NCBI GenBank assembly: GCA_963662515.1
Contig: OY759675.1
Location: forward strand, 773,473-837,472
From: Sedimentisphaerales bacterium
GTDB taxonomy: Bacteria; Planctomycetota; Phycisphaerae; Sedimentisphaerales; SM23-30
Direction of reading: 5' to 3'
Length of the DNA stretch: 64,000 bases
Part shown: positions 47,648 to 57,396 of the stretch, piece by piece
Position numbering within the stretch: the stretch's first letter is position 1
How the letters are laid out: each line of letters opens with the position of its first letter
The notes under the pieces: model-generated
Databases searched by the model: none
The model's input: the letters and a program-made list of their open reading frames with translations, nothing else
What the model was told of the DNA's origin: nothing
Position numbers and translations under genes: made by a program

Positions 47648-48288
47648 AAGCCCATTGTAGAATATTGCATTATTCTAAGCAAGAGTTTTTTAAAAAAATG
47701 TTTTGCATTTATTTTAATAATAGGACTTTATTTGTCTTTTTCGTTACTTTGGATAATTTAAGGCCTATATTATTGTTGATTATTGTGAGTCTCAAAATTG
47801 GTGATGATTTAGAGGTTTAGCTTTCTTGTTTTTCTAAGTTATTTCTTTGCAAGTAGTTATGCTTAGCTAGATCTTGTTTTGGCTGATTTTCCTTTATTTT
47901 ATACATTATTATCATGCAACGATTCTACAGATGGAATGATTTGGTGATTCAAGAATGTAAATATGGTTGAAAGTGGACTTGCTGTTTTATATGTGAACTT
48001 TCAGAAGGATTAGGATTGTAATGAGATTATTATAGCACTATATTGCATTTTTTGTCATTCTATGGAATGGGGTATTGTTGTGGTATCGTATATGGATATT
48101 TCTTCGATTGCTATATGGTTTTTAAGTGTTAAAATGGTTAATGTGGTTTAAGTTTAAGGCCCCAAGAGTTGGCTAGATTACTAAAGTGCAATTAAACCAT
48201 AGTTTTAACTGCTAAATTATGCTTGAATAAAAAAGGCTTTTTTAAGACAATTAATGAGAGTAAACACACAAACAGGAGAAGATCGTTT

Positions 48289-49389
48289 ATGTCTATAATC
48301 GCTGTAAAGACAAAAGAACAATGTAAATACGACATTTTATCACTCGGAGAAGTAATGCTTCGCTTAGACCCGGGTGAGGGGCGTATCCGTACGGCCCGCA
48401 GTTTTAAGGCTTGGGAAGGCGGAGGTGAATATAATGTAGCTCGTGGCCTGAGACGCTGTTTTGGTCAGCGTGCGGCCCTGGTAACAGCCTTTGCCAAGAA
48501 CGATATTGGCCTGCTCCTGGAGGATCTGATCCTGCAGGGCGGTGTGGATATGTCGTATGTTAAGTGGGTTGATTATGATGGCATTGGGCGTACCGTTCGC
48601 AATGGCCTGAACTTCACTGAGCGCGGCTTTGGTATTCGCGGTGCGGTGGGTTGCAGTGATCGTGGTATAACGGCGGCCTCGCAGCTCAAGGCTGGCGATA
48701 TCGACTGGGAACAGATATTCGGGGTTGATGGCGTACGCTGGCTGCATACCGGCGGGATATATGCCGGGCTTTCTGAGACAACGCCCGGCGTGATCCTGGA
48801 AGCGGTCAAGGCCGCCAAGAAATATGGCACAATAGTCTCTTACGACCTTAACTATCGCCCGTCAATGTGGAAAGCGGTAGGTGGGCAGGCCAAATGCCAG
48901 CAGGTCAATAAAGAGATCGCCCGCTATGTCGATGTAATGATCGGTAATGAGGAAGATTTCACCGCCTGTCTGGGTCTGGAAGTTGAGGGCGTCGATCATA
49001 ACCTTACTAATCTGGATACAGCCGCCTTTGAAAAGATGATAGCCGCGGCGGTTAAGGAATATCCCAATTTCAAGGCTACCGGCACAACGCTCCGCAGCGT
49101 AAAGTCAGCGACGATAAACGACTGGGGCGCGATCTGCTGGGCAGGTGGCAAGTTCTATCATGCCACGCATCGCAAGGACCTGGAGATAATGGACCGGGTT
49201 GGCGGTGGCGACAGTTTCGCCTCCGGCCTGATCTACGGCCTGATGGAACTGGGTGACGCTCAGCTTGCGGTGGAATATGGTGCAGCTCATGGCGCACTGG
49301 CGATGACTACGCCGGGCGATACCACAATGGCCAGTCTTTCCGAGGTGAAAAAACTGGTCGGTGGCGGCGGCGCTCGTGTTGATCGATAA
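48289..49389 (+). CDS. kdgK: 2-dehydro-3-deoxygluconokinase (PfkB family)
   Basis: Contains GEVMLRLDP and GGGEYNVA, plus the C-terminal GGGDSFASGLIYG motif. The RBS AGGAGA lies 8 nt before ATG 48289. The gene sits in a hexuronate-operon context. Confidence 0.8.
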   Translation: MSIIAVKTKEQCKYDILSLGEVMLRLDPGEGRIRTARSFKAWEGGGEYNVARGLRRCFGQRAALVTAFAKNDIGLLLEDLILQGGVDMSYVKWVDYDGIGRTVRNGLNFTERGFGIRGAVGCSDRGITAASQLKAGDIDWEQIFGVDGVRWLHTGGIYAGLSETTPGVILEAVKAAKKYGTIVSYDLNYRPSMWKAVGGQAKCQQVNKEIARYVDVMIGNEEDFTACLGLEVEGVDHNLTNLDTAAFEKMIAAAVKEYPNFKATGTTLRSVKSATINDWGAICWAGGKFYHATHRKDLEIMDRVGGGDSFASGLIYGLMELGDAQLAVEYGAAHGALAMTTPGDTTMASLSEVKKLVGGGGARVDR

Positions 49390-49479
49390 TAAACAGCCGG
49401 GACTTGTTCCTGGTGCCGAGCAGAAGGCTCACGAGGTTCGAGTTTTCTGTCCCTTTTAGAACTAATAGAAAGTGTGAAC

Positions 49480-50118
49480 ATGTTAGACAGATTAAAAGCC
49501 AATCCGGTTATTCCGGTAATAGTAATAGATGATGAGAATGATGCCTGTCCGCTGGCCGAGGCTTTACTCGCTGGTGGTATGGATGTTATCGAAGTTACAT
49601 TTCGTACAGCCGCTGCCGCCGGTGCTATAAAGAAGATCAAGCAGGCATTTCCCCAGATGCTGCTGGGGGCAGGTACAGTGGTAACGCCAGATAAGGCAAA
49701 GTCTGCGCTGGATAGCGGCGTTGATTTTGGCCTGGCTCCCGGCTGTAATCCAGAGATCATTCGGATATTTCAGCAGGCAGGAACCTTATTTATACCAGGG
49801 GTAATGACCCCTTCTGATATTGAGTCAGCTCTGTCGGTTGGTTGTACAATGCTTAAGTTCTTCCCGGCGGCTCAGGCCGGTGGTGTCAATATGCTCAAGG
49901 CGATGAGTGCCCCTTATTTGTCGATGGGCGTGAAGTTCTGCCCGACTGGCGGCATAAGTCTGGATAATATGAACGAATATCTCAGTTTGCCAATGGTAAG
50001 TAATATTGGCGGCTCGTGGCTGGCCACCAAACAGCAGATAGCCGATAAGCAGTGGGCAGTTATCACTCAACAGGTAAAAGATGCTCTGGCCAAAGCTAAA
50101 ACCGTAGAAAAAAAGTAA
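49480..50118 (+). CDS. eda: KDPG/KHG aldolase
   Basis: Contains PVIVIDD, GMDVIEVTFRT, GAGTVVTP and KFFPA motifs. Confidence 0.85.
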   Translation: MLDRLKANPVIPVIVIDDENDACPLAEALLAGGMDVIEVTFRTAAAAGAIKKIKQAFPQMLLGAGTVVTPDKAKSALDSGVDFGLAPGCNPEIIRIFQQAGTLFIPGVMTPSDIESALSVGCTMLKFFPAAQAGGVNMLKAMSAPYLSMGVKFCPTGGISLDNMNEYLSLPMVSNIGGSWLATKQQIADKQWAVITQQVKDALAKAKTVEKK

Positions 50119-50149
50119 TTGCTGTTAGTTATGACAGCCGGAAAGAAAT

Positions 50150-51550
50150 ATGAAAAAGTTTATACGAGAAGATTTCGCACTGCAGAGTGAGCAGGCAAAG
50201 CAGTTATATCATGACTATGCCAAGGCTCTGCCGATAATTGATTTTCATTGTCATCTGCCGCCGCAAGAGGTGGCTCAGAATAAGAAATGGGACAATATTG
50301 CTCAGCTCTGGCTTGGCGGCGACCATTACAAATGGCGGGTCATGCGGTCAAATGGTATCAGCGAGGATTACTGTACCGGCAGGGCGTCTGACCGGGATAA
50401 ATTCCAGAAGTTCGCTGAGACCATGCCTTACCTGCTGCGTAACCCGATGTACCACTGGTGTCATCTGGAGCTGGCCAGGTATTTTGGTATAGATGACCTG
50501 CTGCTGGGACCCGATACTGCCCAGGAAGTATGGGATCGTACCAGTGAGCAGCTTAAAAATATCTCAGCCCGTTCGCTGATGGTAGATAGTAAGGTCGAGC
50601 TGGTCTGCACTACTGATGATCCGGTTGACTCATTAGAATATCATAAGGCCGTTTCTGCCGATACAACTTTCGCAGTTAAGGTACTGCCTACCTGGCGGCC
50701 GGATAAAGCGATGAAGATAGGCGATACACGCAGCTTTAATGAGTACCTGGATAAACTCAGCGTTGCAGCCGGCATAAAGATAAATGTCTATGAAGACCTC
50801 ATCAATGCTCTGCGTGCCCGGCATGACTATTTCCATGAAATGGGCTGTCGTATTTCTGACCGCGGACTGGAAGGTGTGCCCTCTGAATCATTTACTGAAA
50901 AAGAGATAGATGATATTTTCTTCCGTGTGCGGGCTGGTGATACGGTCAATGAAAATGAAGTGGTAAAGTTCCAGTCGTCAATGCTGCTGGAGCTGGCGAT
51001 CATGGACAGTGAAAAAGACTGGACCATGCAGCTGCACATCGGGGCGATGCGTAATAATAATACCGCCATGTATAATCGACTGGGGCCTGACACCGGATTC
51101 GATTCTATTGGCGATTATTGCTATGCCGCCGATCTGAGCCGGTTTTTGAACAGGCTGACCTCGATCAATCATCTGCCCAAGACCATATTGTATAATCTGC
51201 ATCCCAAAGATAATGAGATGCTGGCAACTATGCTGGGTAATTTCCAGGATGGTACAGTGGCCGGCAAGCTACAGCTTGGTAGTGGCTGGTGGTTCCTTGA
51301 TCAGAAAGCGGGCATGGAAAATCAGATCGAGGCCCTTTCGCAGCTTGGTCTGCTCAGGCGGTTCGTGGGTATGGTAACTGACAGCCGGTCGTTCCTGTCC
51401 TATACCCGCCATGAGTATTTCCGGCGGATATTATGTAATATACTGGGTAATGATATGGCTGCCGGTCTGCTGCCTGATGACCCAGAGCTGGTGGGCAGGC
51501 TGGTAGAAGATGTGTCGTATAATAATGCGGCGAGATATTTTGGATTTTAA
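50150..51550 (+). CDS. uxaC: glucuronate isomerase
   Basis: Contains IIDFHCHLPPQEVAQNKKWDNIAQLWLGGDHYKWRVMRSNG, and 466 aa is the typical length. Confidence 0.9.
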   Translation: MKKFIREDFALQSEQAKQLYHDYAKALPIIDFHCHLPPQEVAQNKKWDNIAQLWLGGDHYKWRVMRSNGISEDYCTGRASDRDKFQKFAETMPYLLRNPMYHWCHLELARYFGIDDLLLGPDTAQEVWDRTSEQLKNISARSLMVDSKVELVCTTDDPVDSLEYHKAVSADTTFAVKVLPTWRPDKAMKIGDTRSFNEYLDKLSVAAGIKINVYEDLINALRARHDYFHEMGCRISDRGLEGVPSESFTEKEIDDIFFRVRAGDTVNENEVVKFQSSMLLELAIMDSEKDWTMQLHIGAMRNNNTAMYNRLGPDTGFDSIGDYCYAADLSRFLNRLTSINHLPKTILYNLHPKDNEMLATMLGNFQDGTVAGKLQLGSGWWFLDQKAGMENQIEALSQLGLLRRFVGMVTDSRSFLSYTRHEYFRRILCNILGNDMAAGLLPDDPELVGRLVEDVSYNNAARYFGF

Positions 51551-51595
51551 TTTTTTATATTACCGTTTTAAGGTGAAAAGAAGTATAGGTTAATT

Positions 51596-52405
51596 ATGAA
51601 TGAATTGTTTGACATTAAGGATCGTGTTATAGTTATTACTGGTGCTGCTGGCGTGCTGGCAGGCAATACTACCAAATATATGCTGGAGCAGGGGGCGCAG
51701 GTTGTGTTGCTGGATCTGTTCCAGGATAAGGTTGATGCCGCAGTGGCAGAGTTGGGCTCTGACCGGGCTTGTGGGTATGCCTGCAGTGTACTGGATCAGG
51801 CGGCTCTCGATGCGGTCTATGATAAGATCATGGCGAAGTTTGGCCGGGTCGATGTGCTGATCAATGGTGCCGGCGGTAATATGCCAGGTGCTACTATCGG
51901 GCCGGATAAATCGCTGTTCGATCTCAATATGGAAGATTACAGCAAGGCTCTCGATCTGAACCTGAAGGGTACACTGATGCCGACGCTTACTTTTGCCAAA
52001 GCCTTTGTCAAGCAGGGTAAGGGCTGCGTGATAAACTTCTCCTCGATGAGCTCAACTCAGGCGATGACCAGGGTGCTGGGCTATTCCAATGCCAAGGCGG
52101 CGATCGATAACTTCACCCGCTGGATGGCGACCGAGCTGGCCATTCGTCATGGCGATGGTATTCGGGTCAATGCCGTTGCCCCGGGCTTCTTTATCGGCAA
52201 TCAGAATCGTGCCCTGCTTATCAATGAAGATGGCAGCTATACCAAACGCGGCCAGCAGGTGATCGACAAGACCCCATTCCGTCGCTTTGGCCAGGCCGAT
52301 GAAGTGCCAGGTACGATCCACTTCCTTATCTCCGACGCCGCCAAATTCGTTACCGGCGTGGTAGTCCCCATTGACGGCGGCTTCAGCTGCTTTAGCGGGG
52401 TGTGA
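51596..52405 (+). CDS. SDR-family oxidoreductase (probable D-mannonate/fructuronate oxidoreductase)
   Basis: Contains TGAAGVLAG (the Rossmann fold) plus NGAGGN and YSNAKAA (the YxxxK motif). Its position between uxaC and uxuA supports the role. Confidence 0.7.
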   Translation: MNELFDIKDRVIVITGAAGVLAGNTTKYMLEQGAQVVLLDLFQDKVDAAVAELGSDRACGYACSVLDQAALDAVYDKIMAKFGRVDVLINGAGGNMPGATIGPDKSLFDLNMEDYSKALDLNLKGTLMPTLTFAKAFVKQGKGCVINFSSMSSTQAMTRVLGYSNAKAAIDNFTRWMATELAIRHGDGIRVNAVAPGFFIGNQNRALLINEDGSYTKRGQQVIDKTPFRRFGQADEVPGTIHFLISDAAKFVTGVVVPIDGGFSCFSGV

Positions 52406-52410
52406 GAGGA

Positions 52411-52594
52411 AGTAATAAGAAATATGAAATAAGAAATAAGCTCTCGAATCTCGCTCCGCTCGAAACTTTCTGATTTTAGGAAAGCCATTGCAAATACAAG
52501 CCAGAAAACCAGCTTATCTTATAGATGCGAAGCCTTTAAACCAGGTCGCACAGCGACACCTTAGCTTATTTCTTGTTTCTTATTTCTTATTTCT
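52411..52594. repeat. long-palindrome MITE-like intergenic element, copy 3 (variant arms)
   Basis: The arms are AGTAATAAGAAATATGAAATAAGAAATAAGCT ... AGCTTATTTCTTGTTTCTTATTTCTTATTTCT, complementary at 29 of 32 positions. The internal GCGAAGCCTTTAAA..GGTCGCACAGCGACACC module is shared with copies 1 and 2. Confidence 0.8.
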
Positions 52595-52653
52595 CTCCCC
52601 CCAATAACCAGACACAATAATAATTACAGATAAACAACAGGATCCACCAAACT

Positions 52654-53871
52654 ATGTTCTTAGAAGAAACCTTTCGCTGGTACGGGCCATCAGACCCGGT
52701 TACCCTCAGTGACATTAAGCAGTGCGGCTGTGAGGGTGTTATTACCTCGCTGCACCATATCCCTTACGGCGCGGCCTGGCCGGTAGCTGATATCCGCAAA
52801 CGCAAGGCCGAGCTGGCCGAATATGGCCTGCGATGGTCGGCGGTCGAATCTGTGCCCGTCTCGGAAGATATCAAGACCCGCACCGGCGATTATAAACAGC
52901 ATATCGAGAATTATAAAGAGACGATAAAGAATCTCGGCTCTGAAGGGGTCGATGTTGTCATTTATAATTTCATGCCGGTACTCGATTGGGTGCGGACCGA
53001 CCTCAAGCATAAGCTGCCTGATGGTACGACCTGCCTCTATTTCGATCCGGTTCACTTTGCCGCCTTTGAGATATTCCTGCTCAAGCGAGCCGGGGCTGAG
53101 TCTGACTATACGCCCGAACAGCTCAAAAAGGCCAAAGTGTTCTTTGACTCTATGACCACCGAACAGGTCAAGAAGTTCGAGCGGTCGATCATCGATGTTT
53201 TCCCCGGCTGTAAGATGGGGCTTAATATCGAAGATGTGCGTAAGATGCTGGCCAAGTACGATAAGATCGACCGCAAGCAGTTGCAGGAGCATCTGCGGCT
53301 GTTCCTGAAAGAGGTCGGCCCGGTCTGTGACCAGTATGGTGTGCGGATGGCAATTCATCCCGATGACCCGCCATACCAGATCCTGGGCCTGCCGCGTATC
53401 GTGTGTGTGGAGCAGGATGTCAAAGAGCTGCTGGCTATGTATGACTCGCCCGCTAACGGCCTGTGCTTCTGTACCGGCTCATACAGTGCCAACCTCGATA
53501 ACGACCTGCCCGGCATGATCGCCCGTTATGGCCACCGCATCAATGTTGCCCACCTGCGCAGTACCCAGAAGAACGCCGATGGCAGCTTCTTCGAAGCCAA
53601 CCATCTGGAAGGCTCCGTCGATATGTATAATGTCGTGAAGAACCTGCTCACCGAGCAGAAGAAGCGTAAGGATGCCGGTCGCAAAGACTGGCGCCTGAGC
53701 TTCCGGCCCGATCACGGCCATGACATGCTCGACGACCAGAAGAAGCCAGACGCTCCCAATCCCGGCTATACCTGCATCGGCCGCATGCGCGGCCTGGCCG
53801 AGATAAGAGGCCTGGAACTGGGCATAGCCCAAAGCACCTGGGGCACCAAAGCCAAACAGGAATTACTCTGA
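52654..53871 (+). CDS. uxuA: mannonate dehydratase
   Basis: N-terminus EETFRWYGPSDPVTLSDIKQ, an internal RMAIHPDDPP motif and a length of 405 aa. Confidence 0.9.
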   Translation: MFLEETFRWYGPSDPVTLSDIKQCGCEGVITSLHHIPYGAAWPVADIRKRKAELAEYGLRWSAVESVPVSEDIKTRTGDYKQHIENYKETIKNLGSEGVDVVIYNFMPVLDWVRTDLKHKLPDGTTCLYFDPVHFAAFEIFLLKRAGAESDYTPEQLKKAKVFFDSMTTEQVKKFERSIIDVFPGCKMGLNIEDVRKMLAKYDKIDRKQLQEHLRLFLKEVGPVCDQYGVRMAIHPDDPPYQILGLPRIVCVEQDVKELLAMYDSPANGLCFCTGSYSANLDNDLPGMIARYGHRINVAHLRSTQKNADGSFFEANHLEGSVDMYNVVKNLLTEQKKRKDAGRKDWRLSFRPDHGHDMLDDQKKPDAPNPGYTCIGRMRGLAEIRGLELGIAQSTWGTKAKQELL

Positions 53872-53927
53872 GAATCTTCCCCTTTGGGGTTTATTACTAT
53901 TGAATAAATTAAGTCCCATTGATTCAA

Positions 53928-56186
53928 TTATTTTGAGTCAGTGGGACTATTTTTTATATCAACAACTTCAGAATGGTTTATTGGTCCGCATGGTACATCT
54001 TTATCCATCTTCTGGTATTTTTCTAGGTCGGTCATGGGCTTCCATTCAAAGCCATCTTTTATTTTTCCTGAGATCAAATGACCATTTTGAAAGAAAAGTA
54101 TTTCATGTGGCATGTTATCTTGTAAAATTTCCATATTGCCGTCGAGGAATCCATTGTTCCAGTTTGCTGTTGCTGCGATTTTACCTCGATTGAACATTTT
54201 GCATGTTCCGTGATATAGATTACCATCTGGTGATAGTTCAGTTTCTTTGATTATAAAGTTTTTGTTGCCGTATCCATAAACCACTTCTTTAATGTAGGTT
54301 TTTCCATCAGCGTTATTTTCTGAGACTAAATAGCTGTTTATGAACTTTTGTTGAAACATATCCATTGAGAGGGCCAGACCAAATGCAAGTCCGCCATACC
54401 CTATCACAAATAAAATCAGCCATGAAAATAAGGTAGCGAACATGCTAGTAGGTTTACTGGTAATTTTTTCCCAAATGTCAAGAGTGCATTGGGCCAAAAC
54501 TTTGTCCTGCTTGATCTTTCGCTTATCTCTGAGATGATTATTTATAAGTTCAAGAGCAAGGTCTGGAATTGTTATAGAATTATCTGTGCAATTTTCATTT
54601 TCAGGTATCAAGTCATGATATTGTTGTCTGAATGTCTGGATAAAACGCCAGTTGTGCCATGCGGCTTGAATACCCGTAAAATTGAAAAAAGCTAATATAT
54701 ATATTATGAAATCATCCGTTCGCATTGCAAGAATCATAAACAAACAAAAGGCGATCACTCGCATAATTATTTCGCAAAATGGTACTCTGCTGTACAGTGT
54801 GTGGTTAATAACCCAACCGCCATCTAATGGTAATAGTGGGAGCAGATTGAATCCGTTAATTATCAGGAATAAAATGCCGATCTGATTGAGCTTGTCACTA
54901 TTATATGTGAATGATAGCCAGATCATGGCAATGCCAATAATTATTCCTGGTAATGGTCCTGCAAGAGAAACGGCGACTTTTTTCCATGTTTTAACATTGT
55001 GGGATTGGCCAGAGACCGCTGCGCCTATGAAAGGAATAAAAAACATCTGTAAGTTTTTGTATCCGGATAATTTCATGGCAAGGTAGTGACCAGTTTCATG
55101 TACAAATAGTACTATGAGTAGGTTAATTACAAAGTCGAGCCCCCAATTGAACCAGCCAAGATTAAAAAATAATACAAGTGAGATAAGTAAGAATAGTAAG
55201 GCTTTTGCGGGGTGATTTTTCCGAAGTAGAGCTTCTTGTAAATTCCTGCGAAGTTCCGGATGTGTATTGTTGGACATGTCGCTATTAAATGGTGTTTGAG
55301 GTGGTGTGTTATCATATATTAGTGGTTCAGTTTGTGTTAGCAGACAAGTTTCTTCGGTCTGAGTATCTGATTGTGTCGATGCTGACTTTTCGTACCAGAA
55401 TCCAAGTTTCTTTTGTCTTTCAATGTATGTTGGCCACTTTTTGCGTAGCTGTTCGACAGGCTCGCCAGCAAACAGGATTTGCAGGTCTTCCCAAGTGATG
55501 AGACATCCTTTTTCCAACAGGCTGTTTTTCTTTAATTTTATTTCAATGTTAATTGCGGAAACAAGGTCATTATCGGTCAGTATTGGTACGGCTTTGACCT
55601 CAGGCTTATCCTGAGTATAATTCGCAATACTTTTGAGATGGCTTTTAATCAGTTCGTCAATAGAACTTAGACCGGGATAGGAATTGATTATTTTACAACC
55701 CCAATTTAAGGGGATTAAATAATTGTCCAAGGCATGGGTTGTAATTATAGTGTTGTCAGAAAGCAGAGTTTCCAGAGTAAAGTTATGTAATTCACCCTTG
55801 TTGTTTTTTGTAAGGAGATGATTGGAGGTAATGGTGGCAGTTATGGTACCTGTCTCATTTCTCATTGTTCTGAAAATATTTTTGGGTCTGGAAATAGATC
55901 TCTTTCCAGTCACATGGCAAATGTCAGCAAGATGTTTAAACCCGTGACTTGTTAATTGGCTTGTCACTGTATAGTAGTACTGACTGTTAAGGTGGGGATA
56001 GTCTTCAAGATTGATAAAAGCGATTTCTATTCCGCCGAGGTGGATTTTATTAATCAGCTTGATATAATAATCAGCGTTATGAGACTGATAATTTTTAGCG
56101 GTTTTATAGAATATATATATAACAAAAGTTACAGGAATCAGCCAGTAAGTATTCCTGACAATAGAATCAAAAAAATCTGACATCAC
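53928..56186 (-). CDS. M50 (site-2-protease-like) membrane metalloprotease fused to N-terminal unknown domain and C-terminal MORN/YwqK-like repeats
   Basis: Contains HETGHYLAM (HExxH) in a TM region and NLLPLLPLDGG downstream. The C-terminus is ..YHGTCKMFNRGKIAATANWNNGFLDGNMEILQDN..FFQNGHLISGK. Confidence 0.7.
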   Translation of the reverse strand: MMSDFFDSIVRNTYWLIPVTFVIYIFYKTAKNYQSHNADYYIKLINKIHLGGIEIAFINLEDYPHLNSQYYYTVTSQLTSHGFKHLADICHVTGKRSISRPKNIFRTMRNETGTITATITSNHLLTKNNKGELHNFTLETLLSDNTIITTHALDNYLIPLNWGCKIINSYPGLSSIDELIKSHLKSIANYTQDKPEVKAVPILTDNDLVSAINIEIKLKKNSLLEKGCLITWEDLQILFAGEPVEQLRKKWPTYIERQKKLGFWYEKSASTQSDTQTEETCLLTQTEPLIYDNTPPQTPFNSDMSNNTHPELRRNLQEALLRKNHPAKALLFLLISLVLFFNLGWFNWGLDFVINLLIVLFVHETGHYLAMKLSGYKNLQMFFIPFIGAAVSGQSHNVKTWKKVAVSLAGPLPGIIIGIAMIWLSFTYNSDKLNQIGILFLIINGFNLLPLLPLDGGWVINHTLYSRVPFCEIIMRVIAFCLFMILAMRTDDFIIYILAFFNFTGIQAAWHNWRFIQTFRQQYHDLIPENENCTDNSITIPDLALELINNHLRDKRKIKQDKVLAQCTLDIWEKITSKPTSMFATLFSWLILFVIGYGGLAFGLALSMDMFQQKFINSYLVSENNADGKTYIKEVVYGYGNKNFIIKETELSPDGNLYHGTCKMFNRGKIAATANWNNGFLDGNMEILQDNMPHEILFFQNGHLISGKIKDGFEWKPMTDLEKYQKMDKDVPCGPINHSEVVDIKNSPTDSK

Positions 56187-56272
56187 GACACTCCAGTAAT
56201 TATTATTGTAGTTACCTACTTGATTATACAGAAATACCTACATGGTTCCAGTTAGAATAATTGAATAACAAT

Positions 56273-56710
56273 TTATACTTCCAATATAAATGTGACCGGC
56301 CCATCGTTTAGGCTGGTCACTTGCATATTGGCGGCGAATTTGCCGTATTGGGTATTGATATTGTTCTTAGCAAGCTTTTCACCGAGGTAGAGGTATAGCT
56401 TTTCGGCGGTGGCCGGGTCGGCGGCCAGATCGAAGCCCGGCCTGCGGCCCTTACGGCAGTCGCCGTAGAGTGTGAATTGACTGACCAGCAGTACCGAACC
56501 ACCGACATCAAGCAGGCTGCGGTTCATCTTATCATTTTCATCGGCAAATATCCGCAGATTGGCGATCTTATCTGCCATGAAATCTGCCTGCTGGACGGTA
56601 TCGCCTTTGGCGATTCCCAGATATATAAGCAGACCACAGTCGATCTGGCCGGTAATCTGGTCATCAACTTTAACCTGAGCATATTTAACTCTTTGTATAA
56701 CAATCTTCAT
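56273..56710 (-). CDS. dtd: D-aminoacyl-tRNA deacylase
   Basis: Contains MKIVIQRV, GLLIYLGI and SQFTLYGDCRKGRRPGF. The length is 145 aa. Confidence 0.9.
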   Translation of the reverse strand: MKIVIQRVKYAQVKVDDQITGQIDCGLLIYLGIAKGDTVQQADFMADKIANLRIFADENDKMNRSLLDVGGSVLLVSQFTLYGDCRKGRRPGFDLAADPATAEKLYLYLGEKLAKNNINTQYGKFAANMQVTSLNDGPVTFILEV

Positions 56711-56839
56711 GGCAGTACTTTAAGATTTTTCTTAAATAAAGTAAAGCATAACTTTGTAATTTGTTGTTTCGATGCAATTGGCAGATAAAGCCTGGTTTTG
56801 GTACTGGATTTTTTGTGCGAAATTACTATACTTTGCCCT

Positions 56840-57256
56840 ATGGAAAATCCGCTTAACAAAATAGCATCATTTCAGGGGCTGGGCATTACAGTTGTCCGGG
56901 ACGATGACGATAATGTCGTGCTGCAAATGCCTTTGTCTGGTAATACCAATGACAAAGGAACGATGTTTGCCGGGTCGATCTATTCGCTTATGGTACTGGC
57001 CGGCTGGAAACTGGCTATGAACTCTGCCGATGCCGCCGGCAAGCCCGGCAATGTAGTCATTAGCGATGCCTCGGTCAAATACCTCAGACCCATCACTCAA
57101 GATTGTCAGGCAACAGCCCAACTGACCCGCCCATATTTTGTAAACACCTACGGAAGCGGATGTTGTGATATAAGAGTAACCATTATAAACGCCCAAAACA
57201 AACTCTGTGCCGACTTTGCCGGCCAATACCGCATTCTGCCAGAGACAGGTACCTGA
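56840..57256 (+). CDS. hotdog-fold thioesterase (YiiD C-terminal-like)
   Basis: 138 aa with NDKGTMFAGSIYSLMVLAGW typical of PaaI/YiiD-type thioesterases. I preferred ATG 56840. Confidence 0.6.
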   Translation: MENPLNKIASFQGLGITVVRDDDDNVVLQMPLSGNTNDKGTMFAGSIYSLMVLAGWKLAMNSADAAGKPGNVVISDASVKYLRPITQDCQATAQLTRPYFVNTYGSGCCDIRVTIINAQNKLCADFAGQYRILPETGT

Positions 57257-57360
57257 ACTGAGCCAAACCAAAATCAGCATTTTCAGCAGAAGAATTTCAA
57301 TAACACCCTGCAGTTAAACATCTTAAACGAAACTGTACTTAGTACATTTAATTGTACTCT
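57110..57360 (+). repeat. direct repeat copy 1 (thioesterase 3' end + spacer + REP motif)
   Basis: Collinear with 63347-63600, with scattered mismatches (roughly 9 in 10 positions match, by eye). Confidence 0.85.
57322..57356 (+). repeat. REP-like hairpin motif i
   Basis: CTTAAACGAAACTGTACTTAGTACATTTAATTGTA, with core hairpin TGTAC-TTA-GTACA. Confidence 0.7.
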
Positions 57361-57396
57361 TTATGTTTAAAAGCAGAACAGAATTGGGACAGTCAC

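Noticed and set aside
49287-49760. 157-aa minus-strand ORF bridging kdgK and eda.
   Set aside because: It is antisense to two well-supported genes and has an Ala/Ser/Pro-rich shadow-frame composition.
53900-54193. 97-aa plus-strand ORF downstream of uxuA.
   Set aside because: It almost entirely overlaps the 3' end of the 752-aa M50 gene on the opposite strand and has no supporting signals.
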